This document shows, in pieces, positions 40,727 through 50,805 of a stretch of 64,000 nt of DNA; positions within the stretch are counted from its first letter, which is position 1; each line of letters begins with the position of its first letter. The notes beneath the pieces are model-generated. The model was not told the origin of the DNA. It worked only from the letters and a program-made list of their open reading frames with translations, and did not search any database. Origin of the DNA: Polyangiaceae bacterium (GTDB taxonomy: Bacteria; Myxococcota_A; Polyangia; Polyangiales; Polyangiaceae); assembly GCA_033763455.1 (NCBI GenBank), contig JANRKO010000006.1, forward strand, positions 576,001 through 640,000, given 5' to 3'. A program made the translations under genes and the position numbers.

Positions 40727-42055
40727 ATGAGCCACGAAGACGCCAGTGCCGAGCCCGTTTGCGTAATTGAGTCCATCCCCACAGGGGGTGATAACGAAAT
40801 TGACGCCGGGACCATCCGAGCCGAGGGGATCCCAACCCCTCCACACCTCCGGCTCTATCCGGAGCTTGGTCGCGGTGGCATGGGGCGCATTCACCCGGCC
40901 ACCGATCGAAACTTGTTGCGCCACGTCGCACTCAAGCGGCTCGATCGCGATCTTGCACGCGAGCCCATGTATCGTGATGGCTTCATCGCTGAAGCGCAAA
41001 TCACCGGGCAGTTGGAGCACCCGAATATCGTGCCTGTCCACGAGCTGGCCCTCTCCAAGGAAGGCGTGCCCTACTTCACGATGAAGCTTGTTCAAGGTTG
41101 GAGCTTCGACAAATGGTTGGCGCATCCGTTGCGTCGAGTGGGCGCGCACGCTCGAATTGAGGAGGGGTTAGAGATTTTCTTGAAGGTGTGTGATGCCATC
41201 GCCTACGCACACCACCGCGGTGTCATCCATCGGGATCTCAAGCCTGAGAACATCATGGTGGCTGATTTCGGGCAGGTTTACTTGATGGATTGGGGGCTCG
41301 CGAAGCTTACTAAGCGGCGCCCTGCCTCCGGTGCGGAGTCACAGATGGAGGCGCCGGGGCCCGTAGGTACGATCACACACATGGCCCCGGAACAAGCGCG
41401 CGGCAATCCCGAAGACATGGATGAACGCAGCGATATCTTCGGCCTGGGCGCGATATTGTATGAAATCGTTAGCAATCGCACGCCGTACGGTCGCTACACC
41501 GATTACGAATCCTGTCTCGCGCTCGCGCAGGCCGGAAAAGTGATTCCGATCGCGGATGTGGCTCAGCGCGTCCCCATCCCGCGCCGCCTGTGCAGCATCA
41601 TCGCGCGGGCCACAGCGCCGGATCCAAAGGATCGCTACCAAACAGCGACTGAGTTTCGTCAGGATGTGCACGCGTTCCTGCGGGGCGGTTTGCACCTTCC
41701 ACAGGAAACCTTCGAACCTGGCGCCCTGATCCTGCGAGAGGGAGACGTCGGCGATCGCGCGTACATGATCGTGAGCGGACAGTGCCGTGCGTTTCGGTCG
41801 GTGCAGGGGCAGCGCGAAACGCTTACGACCATGGGGCCTGGCGAAGTTTTTGGAGAGATGGCGCTGCTCTTGGCAGAACCGCGTGCTGCTTCCGTGGAAG
41901 CGGTAGACCAAGTGTTGGTACTAGTGCTCGACAAGAACACTATGGCGGAGGGCCTAGGGTTAGAGGGTTGGACGGGTTCGCTGGTGCGAGCTCTGGCACA
42001 GCGCTTCCGGCGCCTTGAGCAGCAATTCCGAGATTCAGGCTTACGCCGCGGTTAA
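40727..42055 (+). CDS. Soluble Ser/Thr kinase with C-terminal cyclic-nucleotide-binding domain
   Basis: GRGGMG, VALK, HRDLKPEN, DWG, MAPE; REGD...FGEMALL...PRAASV phosphate-binding cassette. Confidence 0.92.
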   Translation: MSHEDASAEPVCVIESIPTGGDNEIDAGTIRAEGIPTPPHLRLYPELGRGGMGRIHPATDRNLLRHVALKRLDRDLAREPMYRDGFIAEAQITGQLEHPNIVPVHELALSKEGVPYFTMKLVQGWSFDKWLAHPLRRVGAHARIEEGLEIFLKVCDAIAYAHHRGVIHRDLKPENIMVADFGQVYLMDWGLAKLTKRRPASGAESQMEAPGPVGTITHMAPEQARGNPEDMDERSDIFGLGAILYEIVSNRTPYGRYTDYESCLALAQAGKVIPIADVAQRVPIPRRLCSIIARATAPDPKDRYQTATEFRQDVHAFLRGGLHLPQETFEPGALILREGDVGDRAYMIVSGQCRAFRSVQGQRETLTTMGPGEVFGEMALLLAEPRAASVEAVDQVLVLVLDKNTMAEGLGLEGWTGSLVRALAQRFRRLEQQFRDSGLRRG

Positions 42056-42138
42056 TCACTTCCCAAGGGTTGACGAAACTGGGAGAGCCCCGAACATTGC
42101 GGAGGCACGGGTCCATCACGCGTGTCATTCAAGGTACT

Positions 42139-42450
42139 ATGAAGCTCACATTTCTAGCTGGCTTTTCGGCAGTTCTTCTGATCCGCTGCGGCGGAGCGAC
42201 GGTAACTGGAGATTGCGATGTGGGTTCCTCATGTTCCCCGGCAGCTCCGACTGCTCCCACTCTGCCCAACGAAAAGCCCGGAACCACCATTCCTTCAACT
42301 GTGGGCGGCAAATGCAACGCCGACAAGGACTGCCCAAGCGGGCAGAACTGTTTTGGAAGCCAATGTATTGCGATTGGCGAGTTTATGCCGTTCCCAGAGT
42401 CTGCTTCTCTTAAAGTAGATCACGGCGCACCTCCGCCTTCCACGCGTTAG
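42139..42450 (+). CDS. Small Cys-rich secreted/lipoprotein
   Basis: MKLTF signal with Cys; CNADKDCPSGQNCFGSQC module. Confidence 0.6.
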   Translation: MKLTFLAGFSAVLLIRCGGATVTGDCDVGSSCSPAAPTAPTLPNEKPGTTIPSTVGGKCNADKDCPSGQNCFGSQCIAIGEFMPFPESASLKVDHGAPPPSTR

Positions 42451-42691
42451 CTAGCGTGCGCACGAACGAGCGAGGAAGCCTCGAACGAGCGTTAGCCAGC
42501 AAACCTAGAACGAGCGAGCGAAGGTGAACGTGAGCGCTGGCCGTGTGTGCGCCAGGCTGCGGCCAAGTGCGAATTGACTGCAGGTATCGCACTTCAACTC
42601 ATGAGCCTAAGTGGTAAAAGCGCGTACCTCATTGAGGCCCGCACGCAATATTCCTTTGATGGCGTTTCCTATCTCGGTCAACGTTTGAAGG

Positions 42692-45600
42692 ATGCCAAAA
42701 GCTAGAGGTTTGTTCGCCCTCACCCGCGCGTTGCTGATCGCCATGAGCGTTCCCATGGCAATCGTTTCAGGTTGCAGCGGCGGCGAGGTAGACACTGCCC
42801 CAGGGGCGAACATACCGGATACACCGGCAGTGACGTCGACAGCCCCTACGGCTGCGCCCAAGCTCGATCTCGGTGGGGGCTCAATGGCACTCACGTGCAA
42901 AGTGAAGTGCGAGGTGGGGGAATGTGGGCCAGTGGCGAACGGGTGTGGAGGCTTGGTGGATTGCGGCGGGTGCACTCTACCGGAAACTTGTGGCGGTGGA
43001 GGCGTTCCTAGTCATTGCGGAGGCGTCGCTGCGTGCGTGCCAACAACGTGTGAGTCCCTCGGTAAAACCTGTGGCGAACACCCGGATGGTTGCGGGGGAG
43101 TTCTGAATTGCTGGCCCAACGGGGCCAGCGCTTGTGCTACGCCGAGCTTTCAGTGCGTCGACGGCGCGTGCAAAGACACCTCTACTTGCGCCCTGCTCAC
43201 ATGCGCGGACTACCCAGCGATGCCAGGAAAATGTGGCCCCGTCAGCGATGGCTGCGGGGGCACGCTCGACTGCGGTTATTCCTGCGCGAGCGACGAAGTG
43301 TGCGGGCTTTCTGCTCCTGGCGTGTGCGGCAAACCGACCTGCCAGACCCAAACCTGTGAGGATGCACTGGCCGGCAAGCCCGCCAATTTTTGCGGCTTTG
43401 TGCCAGATGGTTGCGGTGGCGAGCTGCTTGGTTGCGTAGACCCATGTCCGATGGGGGAGTCCTGCGGAGCGGGCGGGCCTGACTTGTGTGGGGCCTCATC
43501 CGTTGCGTGCGTTCCGAAGACAATTGCCGATTGCGGTTCATCGTGCGGGCCAATCGGAGATGGTTGCGGCGGAAGCGTAGACTGTGGTGGGTGTCAGGGA
43601 GCGGAGAGCTGCGGCGGCGGCGGTGAGGCTGGCGTATGTGGAGCTCCAGCTTGTCAGCCCCTTTCTTGCGATGATTGGGGGGCAACGTGTGGAACGTTGG
43701 CCGACGGTTGTGGAGGTATTACGGCCGATTGTGGTGCCTGTGGGGCCGACGAAGTGTGTAACGCGAACAAGTGCGAGAAGATTGTTTGCGTGCCCAAATC
43801 GATGAACGTTGCCTGCAATGGCTTGTGCGGGCAGCAGAGCGACGGCTGCGGCGGGCTCATCGATTGCGGTGGTTGTTCCGGGAACAATACATGTGGCGGC
43901 GGAGGCACCCCGAGCGTTTGTGGCGTGCCTCCGTGCACGCCGAAAACGTGCACCGATGTCGGAGCCACCTGCGGACCGATTGGGGACGGATGCGGTGGCG
44001 TGGTGGCTTCTTGTGGTACTTGTTCCCTTCCTGAGACGTGCGGCGGCGGGGGAACACCGAGTGTGTGCGGTCGCTGGCTCGATCCGAACTGCACGGGGCT
44101 CTGCCAGAATCAGGAGTATTGCGCTCCCGGCACGGAAACAACCCTCACAGGCAAGGTGTACGCACCGAACGGAACAGAGGCTCTCTATAACGCCCTGGTG
44201 TACGTGCCGAACGCTCCGCTGCCGGCAATTGCGTCGGGAGCCTCTTGTGGCAGGTGTGAAGATGAAGATCTGGGTGCGCCGATTGCCTCGGCGCTGACCG
44301 GGCCCGATGGGGCCTTCGTGCTGCGCAACGTGCCAGCCGGAGTCCCATTCCCCTTAGTGGTTAAGATGGGCAAGTGGCGACGCGTGGTAACAATCCCAGC
44401 TGTGACCAAGTGCACGAGCGTTGCGCTCACAGCCAATGAGACTCGCCTTCCTCGCCACATGACGGATGCCTCCCCGGAAAACGTGCAACACCTCAGCATT
44501 CCCCGCATTGCGATGGTCACGGGCTCCGTTGACGAGCTCGAATGCGTGCTACGCAAGATGGGCGTCAGCGACAGTGAGTTTACTCTTCCCACCGGTAGTG
44601 GGCGCGTTCACCTCTATCGCGCGAATGGCGCCAACGCCGGTTGCAGTTCCTACAGAGCCAACGGCACTTGTAGGACGCTCGTGAATGCGCCAAGGAGTAG
44701 CCTATTTGCGGCAACAACGGGCAATAGGCACAAGATCGATGAATATGATGTCGCGATTTTTGGTTGTGAAGGCGGGGCCAATGAGCACAACAGTGACGAC
44801 CTCATTCTTCGAAATTTTGCCAACGCAGGTGGCCGTGTGTTGGCTTCGCACTTTAGCTACACCTACCTCCATGACACGGCCCAGTTTCAAGATAGCGCCA
44901 CCTGGGGCGGCCCCGCGAACAACAACGGGGCCAACACTACCGGCATCGTGGATACTTCGAGCCCGAAGGGCCAGGCTTTCAATACCTGGTTGGGCAACGT
45001 GGGCGCACAACACCCGATGTACGGCAGCGGTTACATCTCTATCGACGAGCCAAGAAGCTACGTAAAGTCCGCAAGTAGCGCGGGGGAACGCTTCATCTAC
45101 ACGGATTCCGCCTACCGTTATCAGCCTGGAAACGTGCAGTTGAGCCAGCAATCGGCGGTCCAACAATACGCTTTCAACACGCCGTACGGAGCCAGCGACG
45201 CCAATATCTGCGGTCGGGTGCTTTACAGCGCCTTCCACGTAGCTGGGGCGAGCGGCAACGATACGCAGATCTTTCCCGCTCATTGTTCCTCGGGTCCCCT
45301 CACGCCCCAGGAAAAGGTGCTGGAGTTCATGATCTTTGATCTTTCGGCGTGTGTTTCCTCCGGCGCTCCCCCGCAGCCGCCCACTTGTACGAAGACTACT
45401 TGTAGTGCGCTGGGAGCCCAGTGCGGTTACCTGGCGGATGGCTGTGGTGGCCTTTTGGACTGTGGGAGTTGCACTTCGCCTAGTACTTGTGGCGGAGGTG
45501 GCGTAGCAAACCAGTGTGGTAGCGTTTGTTTGCCTACAACCTGCGGCAAGCAGGGCGCCAATTGTGGCTCGATTGCCGATGGCTGTGGCGGCACGCTGAA

Positions 45601-46534
45601 TTGCGGGAGTTGCACGTCGCCGTCGGTCTGTGGCGGCGGAGGTCTTGCGAACGTTTGCGGGTTACCTGCCTGCCAACCGCGGTCATGTTCCAGTGTCGGC
45701 GCAGAGTGCGGAATCATTGCGGATGGCTGCGGCGGGACGCTTTCCTGCGGCACGTGTGCCAGCGGTACCTGCGGCGGCGGCGGTACGCCGAACGTGTGCG
45801 GCGCAGGCAGCTGTGTGCCCCGGAGCTGCACGTCTGTGGGTGCTGAGTGTGGCCTGATCGGCGACGGCTGTGGCGGCGCCATCGACTGCGGGAGTTGTGC
45901 GAGCAACGCTGCATGCGGTCTTGGTGGGCCTAATCTCTGCGGTTTGAAGTGTACCCCGCGTACCTGTGCGGCCGCGGGTGCAACCTGTGGCTTTGTGGGT
46001 GACGGCTGCGGTGGAGTCCTTCAGTGCGGCACGTGCGTTCAACCGCAGATCTGCGGTGGCGCGGGTGTCCCGAATCAGTGTGGAGGCTCCTGCACCAAGA
46101 CAACGTGCCAAGCGGCAGGCGCGGGGTGCGGAAAGATTTCAGATGGCTGCGGCGGCACACTCGATTGCGGTGCGTGCAGCAACGGCCAGACGTGTGGTGG
46201 TGGTGGCGTTGCGAACCAGTGCGGAAACGGCACCTGTGTGGCGACCACCTGTCAGGCCGCAGGCGCCAACTGCGGTGTTATTGGCGACGGATGCGGCGGG
46301 GTTCTCAACTGCGGTCTCTGTGGCGGCACGCAGATCTGCGGTGGTGCGGGGGTTCCTAACCAGTGCGCGCCCGGGAGCAACACATGCACCCCGCTCACTT
46401 GCGGGGCTCAGAACGCCACGTGTGGTCCGGTAGCAGACGGCTGCGGCGGCTTACTCGACTGCGGCGTATGTCCGAACGGGCAAACGTGCGGGGGCGGCGG
46501 AACCCCGAGTCAATGCGGTGGCTCGCTGAGGTAA
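42692..46534 (+). CDS. Large Cys/Gly-rich repeat lipoprotein with central globular region
   Basis: Lipobox VSGC; 16 CGxxx(D/N)GCGG repeats; central LTGKVYAPNG...TGPDGAFVL carboxypeptidase-regulatory-like domain. Confidence 0.88.
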   Translation: MPKARGLFALTRALLIAMSVPMAIVSGCSGGEVDTAPGANIPDTPAVTSTAPTAAPKLDLGGGSMALTCKVKCEVGECGPVANGCGGLVDCGGCTLPETCGGGGVPSHCGGVAACVPTTCESLGKTCGEHPDGCGGVLNCWPNGASACATPSFQCVDGACKDTSTCALLTCADYPAMPGKCGPVSDGCGGTLDCGYSCASDEVCGLSAPGVCGKPTCQTQTCEDALAGKPANFCGFVPDGCGGELLGCVDPCPMGESCGAGGPDLCGASSVACVPKTIADCGSSCGPIGDGCGGSVDCGGCQGAESCGGGGEAGVCGAPACQPLSCDDWGATCGTLADGCGGITADCGACGADEVCNANKCEKIVCVPKSMNVACNGLCGQQSDGCGGLIDCGGCSGNNTCGGGGTPSVCGVPPCTPKTCTDVGATCGPIGDGCGGVVASCGTCSLPETCGGGGTPSVCGRWLDPNCTGLCQNQEYCAPGTETTLTGKVYAPNGTEALYNALVYVPNAPLPAIASGASCGRCEDEDLGAPIASALTGPDGAFVLRNVPAGVPFPLVVKMGKWRRVVTIPAVTKCTSVALTANETRLPRHMTDASPENVQHLSIPRIAMVTGSVDELECVLRKMGVSDSEFTLPTGSGRVHLYRANGANAGCSSYRANGTCRTLVNAPRSSLFAATTGNRHKIDEYDVAIFGCEGGANEHNSDDLILRNFANAGGRVLASHFSYTYLHDTAQFQDSATWGGPANNNGANTTGIVDTSSPKGQAFNTWLGNVGAQHPMYGSGYISIDEPRSYVKSASSAGERFIYTDSAYRYQPGNVQLSQQSAVQQYAFNTPYGASDANICGRVLYSAFHVAGASGNDTQIFPAHCSSGPLTPQEKVLEFMIFDLSACVSSGAPPQPPTCTKTTCSALGAQCGYLADGCGGLLDCGSCTSPSTCGGGGVANQCGSVCLPTTCGKQGANCGSIADGCGGTLNCGSCTSPSVCGGGGLANVCGLPACQPRSCSSVGAECGIIADGCGGTLSCGTCASGTCGGGGTPNVCGAGSCVPRSCTSVGAECGLIGDGCGGAIDCGSCASNAACGLGGPNLCGLKCTPRTCAAAGATCGFVGDGCGGVLQCGTCVQPQICGGAGVPNQCGGSCTKTTCQAAGAGCGKISDGCGGTLDCGACSNGQTCGGGGVANQCGNGTCVATTCQAAGANCGVIGDGCGGVLNCGLCGGTQICGGAGVPNQCAPGSNTCTPLTCGAQNATCGPVADGCGGLLDCGVCPNGQTCGGGGTPSQCGGSLR

Positions 46535-46541
46535 GCGGGAC

Positions 46542-47510
46542 TCAAACGCGCGCGGCGTTAGTGCCTGCTTCGCCAATGCCCACAGAGTCCGTCACCAGAG
46601 CCACGGCTGCGCCTCCAGGGGGGTCGAATGGAGCACGCCCGTACTGCACGGTGCCAAGCGACGGGAAGAAGGGCGCCAAAACATACTGCCGGAACCAGTA
46701 CCAGAAGAGACTCCGCTCAAGGAGCTGGGGGGGAATTTCTTTCTCGATAGCGAGATGCAGCTCTTTCAGCTTGCTCCAGTGAGTACCGGGATGCTCGTGA
46801 TGTACGGCGTGGTAGCCATTGTTAAACAAGAAGAAATTCGTAAGCGCACCGTTGAAACTGCGTGAGTGAGCGTGCTCAGACCACGGATCAGTGTGCACGT
46901 GTTGCTCGTAGTTGAACAACATGATGGTAAAGAGGGCGAAGAACCCGGGTAGGCCGGATACTAGCGCCCAGGTGAAAAGCCCTGTTTTCCAGCCGTGCAT
47001 CCAGATGGCTAACGACAAAAGCAGGAGGTGAGCGCCAATTACGGCAGCGTATTGTTCGATGATTTGGCGATACAAAGCTGGCTTTTCCGTGCGCGCCTTA
47101 CGGATAAATTCCTTGATAGGGTCGCTCTGAAACCAGCTCGACACGAAAAAATACGTGATGGCCACCGGCAAAATGTGGCGGTTCGTGTAACGCCAGGTGA
47201 TCGTCGCGTCCCCGGCTTTGTTGACGAGCTTGTGGTGGTTGAGGTTGTGCGTCGGGATCCAGGCAAACGTCGGGTACCCGTAGAAAATCGAGATCCACAT
47301 GCCGAACAGCTGATTTTGCTGCTTCGTCTTAAACGTGGGGCAGTGGTTGTGGTTGTGCGCAATAACGCCGCAAGCCAGTGCGAAGTAACAGCTCACCCAC
47401 CAAAGGTAGGGAACGAGCGTCGGCTTCCAGTACTGGATGGCTGCCACTCCAGGCGTAAGAACCATGGTCCAGAGGAGGGTTCGGAGGTCGCTTAGGTTTC
47501 GTAGTCCCAC
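46542..47510 (-). CDS. Membrane fatty acid desaturase family protein
   Basis: His boxes HNHNH, HNLNHH, HAVHH. Confidence 0.88.
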   Translation of the reverse strand: MGLRNLSDLRTLLWTMVLTPGVAAIQYWKPTLVPYLWWVSCYFALACGVIAHNHNHCPTFKTKQQNQLFGMWISIFYGYPTFAWIPTHNLNHHKLVNKAGDATITWRYTNRHILPVAITYFFVSSWFQSDPIKEFIRKARTEKPALYRQIIEQYAAVIGAHLLLLSLAIWMHGWKTGLFTWALVSGLPGFFALFTIMLFNYEQHVHTDPWSEHAHSRSFNGALTNFFLFNNGYHAVHHEHPGTHWSKLKELHLAIEKEIPPQLLERSLFWYWFRQYVLAPFFPSLGTVQYGRAPFDPPGGAAVALVTDSVGIGEAGTNAARV

Positions 47511-47689
47511 GATGATGGGTCGGACTCTATAAGCGGGGGAGCCGGAGGTCTCGTGAAATCGAACACCTTTTTGACCAGATTGATGGAAAAGCGGCCAAGA
47601 AGTGGTGGGGCTGGGCGAAACCTGCGCAGCGCAGGGGCTGGTTGGCAGGTTTTGCGCATTTTCCCGGCTCCCCCCTATTTGAGGTCGGG

Positions 47690-48148
47690 TTAGGCCTGAC
47701 GTGCCGGCGGCTTGTGGCTGCGCACGCGAAACTCGCTGTCCTTGATGGTTCGAGCCACGCCCGCCGCCCGCAGCGGATCGGAATAGTGCAAAATGTCCGT
47801 CAGGCTGATAACGCCAAACAAACGCCCTTCGGGGTCAAGAATTACCAAGCGTGATACGCGAGAGCGCATCATCAGCTCCTCGGCCTCCCTCAGGGATGCG
47901 TCAGCACTGCAGGTAATCACCTCTCGCCTCATCACATTTTCTACCGGAACCTCCGCAGCTAAGAGGTTTTCGGCGCACACCTGGAGCGCAAGATCGCGCT
48001 CCGTGATGATGCCGACCACTGCAAAGCTCTCATCGCACACAGGAAGCCAGCCGACGCGTTCCGCGGCAAAGCGAATGGCGATTTGCTGTGCCGTCTGCTT
48101 TAGCCCAGCGGGGGCAATGCCCCTTCCAGCGATTTCGTGACAGAACAT
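47690..48148 (-). CDS. CBS-domain protein
   Basis: LPV...VGIITERDL and GVISLTDI tandem CBS motifs. Confidence 0.85.
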   Translation of the reverse strand: MFCHEIAGRGIAPAGLKQTAQQIAIRFAAERVGWLPVCDESFAVVGIITERDLALQVCAENLLAAEVPVENVMRREVITCSADASLREAEELMMRSRVSRLVILDPEGRLFGVISLTDILHYSDPLRAAGVARTIKDSEFRVRSHKPPARQA

Positions 48149-48282
48149 AGCCCGAAGCCTCCTTCTCGTCGTTCCAGCATGACCCCTCTTTGGCCAGCGT
48201 CACGCGAAATGATTGCGAAGATAGCCCGAGTGGGCCCACTTTTATGTAATTGTTGAAGAATGTTCGGGGCGAAAGCCCAAGG

Positions 48283-49653
48283 CTAACGCCGCAGATGCCA
48301 GGCCTTGGGGGCCAGGAAGGCTTCAATACCGTAGGTGGAGAGCGTACATCCGATCCCTGAGTTGCGATGGCCGCTCCAGGGCAGGCGAGGGCTCACGCGG
48401 TCGCAGCAATTCCAATAGGCGGAGCCCACGTCGAGCGAGCTTAACAGCTTCCGCGCTCGTTCCTCGCTCTTGGAATAGACAGCAGCCGTCAGCCCATAGG
48501 CGGTGTCGTTCATGAGGGCTTGGGCTTCTTCATCATTTTGAACCTTCATGAGGCCAATGATCGGGCCGAAGCTCTCATCTTTCATCACGCTCATGTCATG
48601 AGAAACGTTGATGAGTACCGTCGGCTCGAAGTAGTGGCCTGCGTGGTCTGCCCGCTTGCCGCCGACCAGTACCTGGGCTCCCTTTTCCTGGGCGTCGGCC
48701 ACTTGCGCCGCAAGGAAATCAACTTGAGCGCTGCGGCGCGCAAGCGGCCCAATGTACGTTTGCGGATCGGTGGGATCTCCAAGTCGAAAACCGCGCACCG
48801 TTTCCGCGAAGAGCTTTAAGAACGGCTCCCAGATAGCTGCATGCACGTAGATGCGTTCGACGGAACAGCAGCTTTGCCCGGCATTGTAGAACGCACCGTC
48901 TGCTATCCCTGGCGCTGCGGTCTCGACGTCGGCGTCGTCGGCCACGTAAACCGGATCTTTCCCGCCCAATTCAAGCTGTACCTTGATCAGTCGTTCGGCA
49001 GCCTTGCGCGCAATCTTTACACCAGTTCCGTGAGAACCTGTGAAGAAGACCCCATCCACGGGCAAGTCCAAAAGTGCCGAGCCAACATGGCCGTCACCGA
49101 TCACCGCCTTGAACGCATGTTCCGGCACACCTGCCTCATGCAAAAGGCGCTGGATTTCGAGGCCGGTCAGCGACGAAAGCTCGCTCGGTTTATAGAGCAC
49201 GGCGTTGCCGGTAAGAAGCGCGGGCACAAACACATTGCCCCCTACAAAGTAAGGATAGTTCCAAGCCGATATGTTCGCGACCACACCTAAGGGGCCGTGC
49301 GAGATTTGTTCGCTTAAGGCATCTTCGGTGTGAACGGTTTTGGTTCCGAGTAGGGCCTCCGTCTCAGCCAGAAAGAAATCAATGCGGCCGAGCAGGCCAG
49401 CAATTTCGTTTCGAGATTGTGCGATCGGTTTGCCGACTTCACTGGTGAGTGTTTTCGCGAGCTTGTTGGCCTGCGCCATCACGAGTGTCTTAAAGCGAGC
49501 GATGATCTGCTTGCGCTCAGGGAACGGCCGGGCCGCCCACTCGCGTTGGGCGATGCGGGCCTGGTCGAACTTGGCGAGGATGGAAGTGGGGGTGTCCGAC
49601 TCAAGCTCGCCGAGGAGGGCGTCCGTTGCCGGATTGTGGATTTGAAGGCGCAT
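48283..49653 (-). CDS. Aldehyde dehydrogenase
   Basis: NPAT, AWNYP, FTGS, LELGGKDP, GQSCC, ESFGP; start ATG 49653. Confidence 0.94.
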   Translation of the reverse strand: MRLQIHNPATDALLGELESDTPTSILAKFDQARIAQREWAARPFPERKQIIARFKTLVMAQANKLAKTLTSEVGKPIAQSRNEIAGLLGRIDFFLAETEALLGTKTVHTEDALSEQISHGPLGVVANISAWNYPYFVGGNVFVPALLTGNAVLYKPSELSSLTGLEIQRLLHEAGVPEHAFKAVIGDGHVGSALLDLPVDGVFFTGSHGTGVKIARKAAERLIKVQLELGGKDPVYVADDADVETAAPGIADGAFYNAGQSCCSVERIYVHAAIWEPFLKLFAETVRGFRLGDPTDPQTYIGPLARRSAQVDFLAAQVADAQEKGAQVLVGGKRADHAGHYFEPTVLINVSHDMSVMKDESFGPIIGLMKVQNDEEAQALMNDTAYGLTAAVYSKSEERARKLLSSLDVGSAYWNCCDRVSPRLPWSGHRNSGIGCTLSTYGIEAFLAPKAWHLRR

Positions 49654-49670
49654 TGTGGGCGGAGGATAAC

Positions 49671-50657
49671 TCAGGATGCCCGGGCGCCGAAGCTTTCGGG
49701 AATGAGCGTGGTGCAGGCGCCGATTGCGAGCCGCACCACCGCGAGCCATAGGCCAAGCGCGAGGCCTAAATGGACAACCTGCATCCAGGCCGGAGCCCCG
49801 AGCGCCACATTGAGCCCGCCCACCAAAAGCTGCACGATGAGCGCTCCGCGCGCGGTGGTAGCCCAGGTTTTCACATCTTGGGTACGACCCGTTTCAGCGA
49901 TGAGCCCTATCGAATGCCAGATCAGAGCTCCTAGGAGCACGGCAAGGACGGGGTGCACCATGCGAAGGCTTTCCAGAAAGTGCATGCCATCTCCGTTTAG
50001 TCGCTGCTCGAGCGAGGCGCCGGTAGTCAGCGGGTAGAGCGTGTCGCCGAGCGCGGTAACGGCGCCCATCATCGAAACGAAGAGCACTGCCGCGAGAGCT
50101 CGAAACGCGAAGTTGGCCGGGGGAGCAGAACTCAGACGTAGACTTGCCGGGTAGCGCGCGCTCCATGCGGTGAGCATGAAAGCGGCGCAAAGTATAGAAG
50201 CGCTTGCCAGATGCAGCGGCATTACGACGGCCCGAGCGACAGAGGTGTCTTGATCCACCAGTCGCCCGAGCACGAGGCCCGCACCGATCAGACATTCGAC
50301 CACCATGAGCGCGAGTACCCAGTTGGCGGCGCGCCGGGCCAATTGGTCTTTTTCAAACACTCTGCGGGAAGCGACAAACACCGCGACGGCCGAGAGCAAA
50401 GCCAATCCGCTAGTTATGCGGTGGGAAATCTCAATTAGAGTCTCCACGCGGCTCGGCATGTGTAAAATCTCACCATTGCAGGTTGGCCAGTGTTGCCCGC
50501 AGCCGGCGCCCGAGTGGGTTACCCGCACCACCGCCCCAAAAAGCACCACCAGTACGGTGTATGCCAAGCCAAACCACGCGAAACGCGCATAGCGAGCCTG
50601 GGGTGCTTGGAAGAGAACGCCTGGCTCGCTGGGGCTGACAGGGGCGGAGGGGTTCAC
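49671..50657 (-). CDS. ctaA: Heme A synthase, COX15/CtaA family
   Basis: SGAGCGQHWPTCNG, EISHR, conserved His in PLHL, MVHP, VVHL; ~8 TMs. Confidence 0.82.
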   Translation of the reverse strand: MNPSAPVSPSEPGVLFQAPQARYARFAWFGLAYTVLVVLFGAVVRVTHSGAGCGQHWPTCNGEILHMPSRVETLIEISHRITSGLALLSAVAVFVASRRVFEKDQLARRAANWVLALMVVECLIGAGLVLGRLVDQDTSVARAVVMPLHLASASILCAAFMLTAWSARYPASLRLSSAPPANFAFRALAAVLFVSMMGAVTALGDTLYPLTTGASLEQRLNGDGMHFLESLRMVHPVLAVLLGALIWHSIGLIAETGRTQDVKTWATTARGALIVQLLVGGLNVALGAPAWMQVVHLGLALGLWLAVVRLAIGACTTLIPESFGARAS

Positions 50658-50805
50658 GGAAAAGTGGATTTGCCATGATTCTTTGAGCGGGTCGAGCGTG
50701 GCGGAGCTCTTCTGGTTGCGCTACGCCTCGGGCCACGCGTAGGCTTGCCGGCCCTAAAACCAACCACCCCCGACACAGTCGGTGAACTTTGAAGTTGAGG
50801 ATGTG

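Noticed and set aside
42900..46530. Repetitive DNA as CRISPR or satellite
   Set aside because: The repeats are degenerate codings of a protein repeat inside one ORF, with no identical repeats or unique spacers
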